From a virus (lineage: Duplodnaviria > Caudoviricetes): a stretch of 64,000 nt of DNA. Of this stretch, positions 26,116 to 35,236 are shown piece after piece. The notes below the pieces were generated by a model, which saw only the letters and a program-made list of their open reading frames with translations, was not told where the DNA came from and did not search any database. The stretch lies in the IMG/VR virus record IMGVR_UViG_2913091994_000006, positions 4,043-68,042 of that record; one strand, given 5' to 3'. The position numbers and the translations under genes are program-made. Each line of letters opens with the position of its first letter. The first letter of the stretch is position 1.

Positions 26116-26578
26116 AAGGCTTATCGCTGGTGGCGCGGGCGCAATAGCGATAGCGGCGGCGATGCTTGGTGGTCATGACGGGCTGGAAGGCAGGCGCTAC
26201 GAGCCTTACCGCGATGTGGCAGGTGTACTTACCGTATGTGACGGGCATACGGGAAAAGACATCATCCCCGGTAGGCGTTACACCGATGCAGAATGTGATG
26301 CACTACTGAATAAAGACCTGGCACTGGTCGCAGCCCGCATTGATCCACTGATTAAGGTCAGTATCCCCGAAAGCGAAAGGGCGGCGTTCTACTCCTTTGC
26401 GTACAACGTTGGTACTGGTGCATTTGCCAAATCCACCCTGCTGAAAAAACTCAACGCTGGTGATCAGGCCGGAGCCTGTAACGAGCTTAAACGCTGGACG
26501 TATGCAGGTGGTAAGCAGTGGAAAGGGCTGGTAACGCGTCGCGAGATTGAACATGAGGTGTGTACGTGGCAGCAATGA
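26096..26578 (+). CDS. SAR endolysin (T4-lysozyme-like, phage 21 R type)
   Basis: Gly/Ala-rich SAR N-terminus, [24 protein letters not shown]. Confidence 0.92.
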   Translation: MMQIKVKRLIAGGAGAIAIAAAMLGGHDGLEGRRYEPYRDVAGVLTVCDGHTGKDIIPGRRYTDAECDALLNKDLALVAARIDPLIKVSIPESERAAFYSFAYNVGTGAFAKSTLLKKLNAGDQAGACNELKRWTYAGGKQWKGLVTRREIEHEVCTWQQ

Positions 26579-26676
26579 TTTGTTTCGTTGCGGCGGCATT
26601 ACTTGCTGCATCCGGTATGGATGGCTGGGGATGGTTCCTGTTTATTGGGTTACTCGTTATGTCTCATCCAGAATAA
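26575..26676 (+). CDS. 33-aa hydrophobic peptide
   Basis: Manual translation [33 protein letters not shown]; ATGA overlap with the endolysin stop. Confidence 0.45.
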   Translation: MICFVAAALLAASGMDGWGWFLFIGLLVMSHPE

Positions 26677-26869
26677 TCCACCAAAAAATGCCGTGGCGCC
26701 ATTTGGACGGATAACACAAAATCCGCCAGTTTCTGATTAACGAAGGACATTAAAGCGAAAACCCCGATTGCGCTAACAGTCGGGGTTTTCTGGTGTAACG
26801 AATTAACTAAAACAGGGAGGTGCCTTCCCTTTGAAGAAGTATAGACGAATACTTTTGAGGTTGTCCATT

Positions 26870-27004
26870 ATGAAAGGTATTGAAGTTAACGCGCCAGTCA
26901 CAAAAGAAATCAGTACCGCTACGGCATGGGCCATCCGGGCAGTGGCGTTAACAGTTGTGCTGTACGGTATCGCTCGCCTTATTGTCGCGATTCGCTGGTG
27001 GTGA
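26870..27004 (+). CDS. 44-aa membrane peptide
   Basis: Manual translation MKGIEVNAPV...VLYGIARLIVAIRWW; RBS GAGG. Confidence 0.55.
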   Translation: MKGIEVNAPVTKEISTATAWAIRAVALTVVLYGIARLIVAIRWW

Positions 27005-27005
27005 C

Positions 27006-27938
27006 ATGAAATATACCACCCACCACGGCGACTGCCTTGACGTCACACCGACACTTGAACCCGGCAGCGTTGACCTTATCGTGTGCGATCCGCCCTACGG
27101 CACCATCAAAGGAATGATCACGCATTCATGGAGCGACGACACCACGCACTGGGACACTACCATTGAGCCGGAGAAGCTGTTTACCGCGTGCGAACGAGTG
27201 ATCAGGGTTAACGGCGCACTGGTACTGTTTGCCATGGAACCCTATACCAGCCGCCTGATAACACAGGCGCACAGTAATCTGCCGTTCAGTTATCGCATGG
27301 TGTGGAAAAAAGAACACTTCGGTAATCCCCTGATTGCCAGGAGTGCGCCAGTCTCATACTTTGAAGACATTCTGGTATTTTTCAAAAAGTACGAAACAAA
27401 CCTCATGAACCCTTTGCGTGAATATTCCCGCCGGGTCAGAGCATTTACCGGGGCAACAAAGGCACAGGTAGAGCGCGTGCTTGGACACAGGGGAGCCGAT
27501 CACTTCTGGCGTGCCGACACGGTGCAATTCTCACTACCAACACGCAGCACATACGACCAGTTGACCGCTGCCTACAACCTGTCCGCCATGCCGGGCTTTA
27601 TGACGTATGACGAGATGAAGCACAGCGAAATGGCATTGCCGCAACGCGTTTTCAATCTGCCACCAGGCAAGCGACATAAACCCAACATTCTGAAATATGC
27701 CCGCGACCGGGAAAAATATCACCCAACCCAGAAGCCGGTAGCGTTACTGGAAGACCTGATTCAGACCTACAGCAACCCCGGCGATATGGTGCTGGATTTC
27801 ACGATGGGAAGCGGTTCAACGGGCGTTGCCTGCATCAATACAGGCCGCCGCTTTATCGGTATCGAAAAAGAGCAGCGTTACTTTGATATTGCGGAAAATC
27901 GACTCAGTAACGCAGCCGGGAAAGAGGTGGCTGCATGA
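27006..27938 (+). CDS. Orphan beta-class N6-A/N4-C DNA methyltransferase
   Basis: DPPY before HPTQKP and DFTMGSGSTG. Confidence 0.9.
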   Translation: MKYTTHHGDCLDVTPTLEPGSVDLIVCDPPYGTIKGMITHSWSDDTTHWDTTIEPEKLFTACERVIRVNGALVLFAMEPYTSRLITQAHSNLPFSYRMVWKKEHFGNPLIARSAPVSYFEDILVFFKKYETNLMNPLREYSRRVRAFTGATKAQVERVLGHRGADHFWRADTVQFSLPTRSTYDQLTAAYNLSAMPGFMTYDEMKHSEMALPQRVFNLPPGKRHKPNILKYARDREKYHPTQKPVALLEDLIQTYSNPGDMVLDFTMGSGSTGVACINTGRRFIGIEKEQRYFDIAENRLSNAAGKEVAA

Positions 27939-28399
27939 ACCGCATAACGACTGGCGCAATAGTCTCGTTGCTGATTGTGGCCGCCGCGCTGGCGTGGACT
28001 ACCGACCACTACCACGGTAACGCCGTGCGCTACAAAGACCAGCGCGACACAGCCACTCACAACCTGAAGCTGGCGAACGAGACGATTGACGATATGCAGG
28101 TACGCCAGCGTGACGTAGCTGCCCTTGATGCCAGATATACAAAGGAATTAGCTGATGCACAGACCAGGAATACTGATTTGCAGCGCCGCCTTGCTGCTGG
28201 TGGCCGGGTGCGCGTCAAAGGACAGTGTACAGTGCCAGCCAGTACCACATCCGCCAGCACCGGCAGCGTGGGCGATGCTGCCTCCGTCGAACTCTCTACA
28301 GATTCTGGACGAAACGTTCTCGATATCAGAGCCGGAATTATCAGCGACCAGGCAAAACTGAGGTATCTACAGCAGTACGTCAGGGAACAATGCCGATAA
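27935..28399 (+). CDS. Rz: i-spanin Rz
   Basis: N-terminal TM, RQRDVAALDARYTKELADA, LQQYVREQC. Confidence 0.9.
   Translation: MNRITTGAIVSLLIVAAALAWTTDHYHGNAVRYKDQRDTATHNLKLANETIDDMQVRQRDVAALDARYTKELADAQTRNTDLQRRLAAGGRVRVKGQCTVPASTTSASTGSVGDAASVELSTDSGRNVLDIRAGIISDQAKLRYLQQYVREQCR
28155..28361 (+). CDS. Rz1: o-spanin Rz1 (embedded lipoprotein)
   Basis: Lipobox LVAGC and Pro-rich PPAPAAWAM in an alternate frame inside Rz. Confidence 0.8.
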   Translation: MHRPGILICSAALLLVAGCASKDSVQCQPVPHPPAPAAWAMLPPSNSLQILDETFSISEPELSATRQN

Positions 28400-28547
28400 A
28401 AAATACCCGCGTCAGTCACGGGAACTTTTGCGGGTTAATGCTACATAGTCAATGTTATATGGATAGTGGTGAACGCAGGCGGATTATCTGCCTGACATTA
28501 GCTACAGTCTATCAGGTAATGGTGAGTAGTACCGCAGGTGAGCATTT

Positions 28548-28916
28548 TCAGAAAAGCGCCTGTTGCGGTGTTGCCTTTGGATCGTATTCAGATACGGTGA
28601 CGCCAAGTTCCTGTTCGAACCAGGAAGCCACCAGATGGCGGTGACAGAACTCTCCAGGCTTCTCCCAGCACAACAAAACAGGTTCATAACCTCCCGTCAT
28701 GGCGTGAAGTTCATCCCACGTTCGTCGCGGATCGAGAGGCGCGAGAATTTCATTTCTGAATAACTCGTTATATTTTGCTTCTGAAACAGAATTAAACCAG
28801 GAACCCGGAGCCAGTTTGTTATAAATACGATAACCGGCGGGCGTGTTGCGTGGAGCATATCTGGCGATACTGATTCGTCCATCGCCTTTATACAGCGAAA
28901 AGCAGGATGTTTTCAT
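28548..28916 (-). CDS. DUF488-family protein
   Basis: LAP and LLCWEKPGEFCHRHLVA motifs. Confidence 0.75.
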   Translation of the reverse strand: MKTSCFSLYKGDGRISIARYAPRNTPAGYRIYNKLAPGSWFNSVSEAKYNELFRNEILAPLDPRRTWDELHAMTGGYEPVLLCWEKPGEFCHRHLVASWFEQELGVTVSEYDPKATPQQALF

Positions 28917-28986
28917 TGATTACCTCATGGTTGACGGTTGTTACAAGGGATTGCCACCAGGTGAGTTTCTGATGGCTGTTTCGTTA

Positions 28987-29220
28987 TCAGCAGTACAGGG
29001 TTAACAGTGCAGGTTTTTCGTCGTTTACGTTACCCTGAATGAACCCGATTTTTTCGCCTTCCTGATTGAGGAAAAATACGGTTGTTTGCAGATAATCAAG
29101 TTTCATTTTTCTCATTTTTGCCGGATTTAAATTAAGTTCTTTTAAAATATTAATTGCTGCGTTGATGTTTGATTTTGCTGTAGTGGTTTTAACTACCAGT
29201 TCAATATATTGATAAGTCAT
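28987..29220 (-). CDS. Small hypothetical protein
   Basis: 77 aa, RBS AAGGA, downstream of the shared promoter motif. Confidence 0.55.
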   Translation of the reverse strand: MTYQYIELVVKTTTAKSNINAAINILKELNLNPAKMRKMKLDYLQTTVFFLNQEGEKIGFIQGNVNDEKPALLTLYC

Positions 29221-29267
29221 AATGGTTTCCTTTTTTATTCTGTTGGTTAATGTGTTTTTCTATATTT

Positions 29268-29297
29268 TTATTATATCAATGTAGCGCTGTTAGTACA
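29268..29297 (-). promoter_or_regulatory. Leftward promoter motif copy 2
   Basis: TGTACTA-ACAGCGCT-ACATTGA-TATAATAA. Confidence 0.6.
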
Positions 29298-29348
29298 GTG
29301 TTTTATTTAAAAATACCTTATTTATCATTATCTTATAGTGGTGCCGTT

Positions 29349-30626
29349 ATGTTTATCGGGTCATTACCTAAAAAATTAATCACACAGATGTTGATTAATA
29401 TACAGCTTAAATCTGATGTATATATCGGTTGCTCAGGCTCATTCAGAATTGAGCACGCCATTAAAAATATGATGCCGGAGAAAAAAGTATACGGTAATGA
29501 TGTTTCATTGCTCTCGTGTGCGGTGGGATATTTACTTACAGGGCAACGGCTGGACGTGGAATTTACCGGGAGGCTGGAGCCACTCAATCAACTTCGCGGT
29601 GATATAGTGGCAAACACATCTGCAATATGCCTTGCTGTAATGCTGTCCCGGTTCAAAGGCAATAACCAGTACAGCCAGGCACACTTTGCTCACATTCTGC
29701 GTAATCTGGCCGATTATCACAGCGCTGAGAGAGAAAAACTGCTGCGTTACACCGATGGTTTCAGTCTTGATGGCTTCCATGCCGGGGATTTCCATCATCA
29801 GATTGATGCAGCAAGGGAAAATGGAGGAACGCTAATCATGTTCGCACCAACCTATAAGGGCGGATATGAAAACCTGTACAAATTCGTAAACGAGAACACA
29901 AAATGGGATTCACCCTCCTACGGAGTATGGGACCCTGAGAATATTGGCGATCTGGTCCTTGAACTACAGGACAACAATCAGAATTTTGCGATCATCACCG
30001 ATCGCCGGCTGGAAAGCACCGAACCGCGGATGATGTTTGCCGGAGGCAATAAGCCGGTTTTCCTGTACGCTAACGATGCCCGGTCATCATTACGCCGTGA
30101 AAACAAAAAATCGCAGCCATTCCGGTATAAAGTGATTGATCCCGATGCAGTGAAAGCCGACAGCCGGATTGAAATCAGCCCGCTAACCTCTCAGCAGCTA
30201 AATTTTCTGAAGGATGTCTATCTGGCCAAAGGTATTAACCATAAAAACGGAATGATTAATTTCGGCGTGTTTATCGACGGAATGCTGGCTGGCGCTTTCA
30301 TTTTTTCCCTGTCTCAGTACGGGGACAAAATACACAGCATCTACATGTTGAGCGACTTCTCAACGACCAGACTGCGGAGGATCTCCAAACTCATTCCCAT
30401 GCTGGCAACCAGTCGTGACGTTATTAACTTCGTTAACCGTAAATACATGATCGACATCCGATCGGTAAGTACCACTGCATTCACCCGCAATCCCGTTTCA
30501 ATGAAGTACCGGGGGATCTATGAACTGGTCAAACGCGGAGAGGGATTTCTGAATTATGAGTCTGCGGTAAGAGAACAGACACCGCAGGAAATTTATCTCA
30601 CCTGGTACAGAAAATATGCCACTTGA
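29349..30626 (+). CDS. Putative DNA-modifying enzyme: divergent adenine-MTase fold fused to a Mom/GNAT-like domain
   Basis: DVYIGCSGS (motif I-like), GND, FAPTY (DPPY-like); C-terminal FGVFIDGMLAG..SKLI..TTAFTRNPVSMKYRG. Confidence 0.55.
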   Translation: MFIGSLPKKLITQMLINIQLKSDVYIGCSGSFRIEHAIKNMMPEKKVYGNDVSLLSCAVGYLLTGQRLDVEFTGRLEPLNQLRGDIVANTSAICLAVMLSRFKGNNQYSQAHFAHILRNLADYHSAEREKLLRYTDGFSLDGFHAGDFHHQIDAARENGGTLIMFAPTYKGGYENLYKFVNENTKWDSPSYGVWDPENIGDLVLELQDNNQNFAIITDRRLESTEPRMMFAGGNKPVFLYANDARSSLRRENKKSQPFRYKVIDPDAVKADSRIEISPLTSQQLNFLKDVYLAKGINHKNGMINFGVFIDGMLAGAFIFSLSQYGDKIHSIYMLSDFSTTRLRRISKLIPMLATSRDVINFVNRKYMIDIRSVSTTAFTRNPVSMKYRGIYELVKRGEGFLNYESAVREQTPQEIYLTWYRKYAT

Positions 30627-31299
30627 TACTGAAATTATCGCCGTCGAACCGAAAAGTCTCAGGCTGCTGGAAAAAAACGCCCATTATATGGAGCCTGCCG
30701 AATTTGAAAGACTGGTGGAAAACATCAGAAAAGATGGCGTTCTGACCAGTACGCCGGTTGTGTATCAGGGAACGGTGCTTTCCGGCAATCACAGGGTGCA
30801 GGCGTCAATTACGGCCGGACTGGAAGTCATTCAGGTCATTAATATCCGGTCAGAACTGACAGAAGATCAGCAAAAAGCCATTCAGTTAAGCCATAACGCC
30901 ATAAACGGAAAAGACGATAACAACCTGCTTCAGGAGTTATTCGACTCTATCGACAGCCTGGATATGAAGCTCTATTCCGGCCTGACAGATGACGACTTCA
31001 AAATTACCGACATTGATGTGCAGACGCTTTCATTTGTTCAGCCATCCTGGGAAGACATGGTGATTGCGTTCCTGCCGGAAGAGAAAGCCTTGTTTATTGA
31101 GGCGCTGGAAAAAATAGGGAAAAAGGCCAAAGACCGGTTGATTGTTGCTGGCCGTATTAGTGATTTTGACCAGGTATTTAATGCTGTCATCAATGCCAAA
31201 AGCAAACTGAACATTATCAATACCGCCGAGGCGCTGAAAACGATGGCGGAGCTTGCGTTACAGAAACTTGAGGAAACGGAAGATGAACCAGAAGCCTGA
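30616..31299 (+). CDS. ParB/Srx N-terminal domain protein
   Basis: NAHYM..F.RLVENIRKDG, VLSGNHRV. Confidence 0.85.
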   Translation: MPLDTEIIAVEPKSLRLLEKNAHYMEPAEFERLVENIRKDGVLTSTPVVYQGTVLSGNHRVQASITAGLEVIQVINIRSELTEDQQKAIQLSHNAINGKDDNNLLQELFDSIDSLDMKLYSGLTDDDFKITDIDVQTLSFVQPSWEDMVIAFLPEEKALFIEALEKIGKKAKDRLIVAGRISDFDQVFNAVINAKSKLNIINTAEALKTMAELALQKLEETEDEPEA

Positions 31300-31537
31300 G
31301 ATGGATTTAGCGAAAGCGGAAGCGCTGGGGGCCATGCAAATGAAATCACAGCAGATTGCCTGCGCTATGGATATAGATCTGAACAAACTACGGGAAGATA
31401 AAGAACAATACGACACCTTCATGGCGGCAGTAAGTAAGGGCAGGGCAAAGGGAGAGGCGGAGATAAGAAGCCTGCTTTTTAAACGCGCAAGGGAAGGTGA
31501 CAGCGTCGCCATTCGTGAGTTACTCAATTACAGGTAA
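31283..31537 (+). CDS. Small helical protein upstream of the terminase
   Basis: Coupled ORF, AVSKGRAKGEAEIRSLLFKRAREGD. Confidence 0.6.
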   Translation: MNQKPEMDLAKAEALGAMQMKSQQIACAMDIDLNKLREDKEQYDTFMAAVSKGRAKGEAEIRSLLFKRAREGDSVAIRELLNYR

Positions 31538-31549
31538 GGATGGTGGCGA

Positions 31550-32539
31550 ATGAGCAGACCGGACGAGAGCTCACTGAAAAGTGATTACTGCGCCGGGGTG
31601 CTTTCAATCCAGAAGGTTGCAGTAAAGCACGGTATCGCCAAATCCACACTGATAGATATGGCGAAAAAAAATCAGTGGACGCGGGAAAAAAATCCGACCA
31701 AAAAATCCGACCAAAATGAAAATGGTCGGACGGACGGTCGGGAAAAAAAATACCTTAAAAATTCAGATGAAAAAAATCCAGGAAATTTTCCATCTGATAA
31801 CCGATATAGCGATAGCGACTATACGTTCAACCCAGATGATTTCGGTATTTCAGAACAGCAGGGCGTTTTCGCTGAATATGTGGCAGCAGGTAAAAGCCTG
31901 GCTGAAGCCTACCGTCTTGCTGGCTATCAGGGAGAGGGGAATACAATCTATGTCAACGCCAGCCGGTTACTAAGAAATGCTAAGGTTTATCGTGCCATTC
32001 GCTGGCTGCGTGACAAGCGCCAGCGTCGGCTTGCTCTCACCGAAGACGAAATCATTCACCAGCTTTCCGCTATTGCCAGTGCCGATCCCAATGAAATTTC
32101 TCACATTCGCCGCGTGAACTGCCGTTATTGCTGGGGAAAAAACCATCAATATCAGTGGCGTGATATGGATGAGTACCACGCTGCGCGCGAGAAGGCACTT
32201 GATGGCGAGATGCCTGAATATGGCGGGATCGGCTTTTTTGATTCTGCTGTCCCTAATCCTGAATGTCCACGCTGTGGCGGAGAGGGCGTACCCGATATCT
32301 ATTTCGCCGACACTACCATGATTGATGGTCCTGCCAGATGGTTGATTGCCGGTGTCAGACAGACCATGAACGGACTTGAGGTGAAGATTGCCAGCCAGGA
32401 ATCTGCCCGCCGGGAACTGTTGCGCATTCTGGAACGACATCTTGCCAGTAAACCGGAAGAACCACAGATACCGGGAGACGATTACCGGTTACAGGAGCTG
32501 ACTCCTGATGAAGCTGTACCCCCAAAGCCCGTCCTCTGA
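31550..32539 (+). CDS. terS: Terminase small subunit with zinc-finger insert
   Basis: AYRLAGY..ASRLLRN; CRYCWG..CPRCGGEG. Confidence 0.85.
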   Translation: MSRPDESSLKSDYCAGVLSIQKVAVKHGIAKSTLIDMAKKNQWTREKNPTKKSDQNENGRTDGREKKYLKNSDEKNPGNFPSDNRYSDSDYTFNPDDFGISEQQGVFAEYVAAGKSLAEAYRLAGYQGEGNTIYVNASRLLRNAKVYRAIRWLRDKRQRRLALTEDEIIHQLSAIASADPNEISHIRRVNCRYCWGKNHQYQWRDMDEYHAAREKALDGEMPEYGGIGFFDSAVPNPECPRCGGEGVPDIYFADTTMIDGPARWLIAGVRQTMNGLEVKIASQESARRELLRILERHLASKPEEPQIPGDDYRLQELTPDEAVPPKPVL

Positions 32540-33833
32540 CGAGGTGGTCAGACTCACCCCAAAGCAGGCAAATATTTACGTCTGGGGCTGGCAGCCAGAA
32601 GCCCGTTTCCGTGATGCCGTATGCGGGCGACGTTTCGGTAAAACATATCTGGGAAAGGCGGAAATCCGCCGGGCGGCACGTCTGGCGCAAAAATGGCACG
32701 TCAGTATCGAGGATGAGATCTGGTACTGTGCGCCTACTCAAAAACAGGCAAAACGTGTTTTTTGGCGGCGTCTCAAACAGGCCATTCCTCCTGCATGGCG
32801 TGCCGGTAAGCCAAATGAGACCGAACTTTCCATCACGTTGAAAAGCGGTCATATCATCCGGTGTGTCGGTCTTAACAACTATGATGATCTGCGCGGCTCC
32901 GGACTGTTCTTTGTTCTTATTGACGAATGGGCGGATTGCCCCTGGGCTGCATGGGAAGAAGTCATTCGCCCGATGCTTTCCACCTGTCGCTATGTTGTTG
33001 ACGGTGTGGGCCGGGTTGGCGGTCATGTGCTACGCATTGGTACGCCCAAAGGGTTTAACCACTGCTATGACACCTGGCTGGACGGCCAGGAAGGACGGCA
33101 GCCAGATCACAAAAGCTGGCTGTATACGTCAGTTCAGGGCGGGAATGTTCCACAGGAAGAAATAGACGCTGCCCGCCGCAAAATGGACCCGCGTACATTC
33201 CGCCAGGAGTATGAGGCCAGTTTTGAAAACTACCAGGGTGTTGTCTATTACTGTTTTGATCGCCGGAAAAACCATACTGATATTACGGTACAACCTGGCG
33301 ATGCGCTGCATATCGGAATGGACTTCAACGTCGGGAAAATGGCAGCGGTGGTTTACGTGCTGCATGACGGCCTGCCGTATGCCGTGGATGAGTTTATGGA
33401 TGTATTTGATACCCCGGCCATGACGAAGGCAATCAATGATCGTTACGGCGAGGGTGGGCATTCCATTACCATTTATCCCGATGCCAGCGGTAAAAACCGA
33501 CAGACCAGTAATGGACTAACGTCAGATATCGCATTGCTGGAACAGGCCGGGTTTGATGTTTGCGTCAATAACAGCAACCCCGCAGTGAGAGATCGTATTA
33601 ATGCCATGAACGCTATGCTCTGCAATACCGTCGGTGAGCGGCGTTTACGCGTGAATACCACCACATGCCCACGCTTCACACAGTGCCAGGAGCGCCAGAT
33701 CTACAACGACAAAGGCGAGCCGGACAAAAAAGCCGGTTTTGACCATGCCAACGATGCCGGAACCTACCCCATAGCTTACCTGTATCCGATTAACGCACCG
33801 GCAGGCGATCTCGAAATAGGATTCTTATACTGA
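32508..33833 (+). CDS. terL: Terminase large subunit
   Basis: CGRRFGKT Walker A, LIDE Walker B, GMDFN nuclease, DHANDA. Confidence 0.93.
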   Translation: MKLYPQSPSSDEVVRLTPKQANIYVWGWQPEARFRDAVCGRRFGKTYLGKAEIRRAARLAQKWHVSIEDEIWYCAPTQKQAKRVFWRRLKQAIPPAWRAGKPNETELSITLKSGHIIRCVGLNNYDDLRGSGLFFVLIDEWADCPWAAWEEVIRPMLSTCRYVVDGVGRVGGHVLRIGTPKGFNHCYDTWLDGQEGRQPDHKSWLYTSVQGGNVPQEEIDAARRKMDPRTFRQEYEASFENYQGVVYYCFDRRKNHTDITVQPGDALHIGMDFNVGKMAAVVYVLHDGLPYAVDEFMDVFDTPAMTKAINDRYGEGGHSITIYPDASGKNRQTSNGLTSDIALLEQAGFDVCVNNSNPAVRDRINAMNAMLCNTVGERRLRVNTTTCPRFTQCQERQIYNDKGEPDKKAGFDHANDAGTYPIAYLYPINAPAGDLEIGFLY

Positions 33834-35236
33834 TGAGCGACAGTAATATTAACTACAGACATCCGGCATACAGTGAGTTCTTGCCGGAATGGCAGATGGT
33901 CGGCGACTGTGTAGACGGGGAGCGGGCTGTCAAAAAACAGCGCGAAAAATACCTCCCCCATCCGGGGGACGAAGGTCAGAACAGCGAACAGGATCGGGAG
34001 CGCTATAAGGCTTATCTGAAACGGGCGCCGTTTATCAATGCTACCGGAAGAACATTAACCGGACTTATCGGTATTGCATTCAATAAACCCGTAAAAATCC
34101 AGCTTTCCGGGAAGCTCACCGCCATAGAATCGGATGCCGACGGTGAAGGGCAGCCGCTCACGCAGCTAATCCGTGATGCACTGAGCCAGAACCTGCAACG
34201 GGGGCGGGCAGGAATACTGTCAGATTACACTTCCGGTGGCACTCAGACGGTGGCGACGGCGGGGCGTCCGGTTATCCGGCTGTTCACCGCGAAACAAATC
34301 ATCAACTGGCGCGTCACGAACAATAAAACGTCACTGGTTGTTCTGCACTATCAGGAGCCGGTAAACGATCCGGATTCGTTTGAACTGATTATGCAGGATT
34401 TCTGGCTGGAGCTGCGTCTTGTTGATGGTTTTGCCATGTCAAGAAAATGGCAGGAAAGCGACGAAGGCATTCAGGCGAACGAATGGGTGGATCTGAAAGA
34501 TGCAGGCGGTAAACGTATGGAAGAACTGCCCTGGGCGTGGATTGGCGCTGTCAATAACGATCACACGCCGGATGCACCGCCGCTGGCAGATATCGCGTAC
34601 ATCAATATCAAACACTACCAGGCCGAGGCCGATATTGCTGAAATAGCGCACACAGTCGGGCAGCCAACTATCGCAATATCAGAAGTGTCTCAGCAGTGGG
34701 TGGATAAAAACCTTAAAGGTGTGAAGGTTGGTGCAAGAAACGGCCTGATGTTGCCTGTTGGCGGAAAGATTTCAATGGTGCAGGCAGAAGACCGCAACCT
34801 GCCGCTTATCGTTGCCGAACGGCGCGAAAAACAGATGGCTATGCTGGGCGCTAAGCTGGTGGAACGCAATACCTCCGCAAGAACCGCAACACAGGCCAGC
34901 GATGAAGCCCAGACCGATAATTCTGTATTGTCGTTATGTGCCGGGAATGTTGAGCAGGCAGTTAACCGGGCGCTGTCTTTCGCTGTGGCGTTCGCAGGGA
35001 GCGGTGACGGGCAGATTGAACTGAACAAGCGCTACGAGTTGTCACAACTGGATTCTGCCTCACTGACGGCAATGATGGCTATGGTTCAGTCCGGGCAGAT
35101 GCGGCTGATTGATTTTATTCGCTATCAGCAAAGTATCGGCCTTATCGACCAGCAGGAAAAGCCGGAACATATTGAAGATGAACTGCGTAATGACGGGGTT
35201 GACCTGACGGGTGGCGATGATGGCAACGGTGAATGA
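33833..35236 (+). CDS. Portal protein (DUF4055 type)
   Basis: Follows terL; YLP..Y..YLKRA.F.N, PPLADIA.INIKHYQ. Confidence 0.85.
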   Translation: MSDSNINYRHPAYSEFLPEWQMVGDCVDGERAVKKQREKYLPHPGDEGQNSEQDRERYKAYLKRAPFINATGRTLTGLIGIAFNKPVKIQLSGKLTAIESDADGEGQPLTQLIRDALSQNLQRGRAGILSDYTSGGTQTVATAGRPVIRLFTAKQIINWRVTNNKTSLVVLHYQEPVNDPDSFELIMQDFWLELRLVDGFAMSRKWQESDEGIQANEWVDLKDAGGKRMEELPWAWIGAVNNDHTPDAPPLADIAYINIKHYQAEADIAEIAHTVGQPTIAISEVSQQWVDKNLKGVKVGARNGLMLPVGGKISMVQAEDRNLPLIVAERREKQMAMLGAKLVERNTSARTATQASDEAQTDNSVLSLCAGNVEQAVNRALSFAVAFAGSGDGQIELNKRYELSQLDSASLTAMMAMVQSGQMRLIDFIRYQQSIGLIDQQEKPEHIEDELRNDGVDLTGGDDGNGE

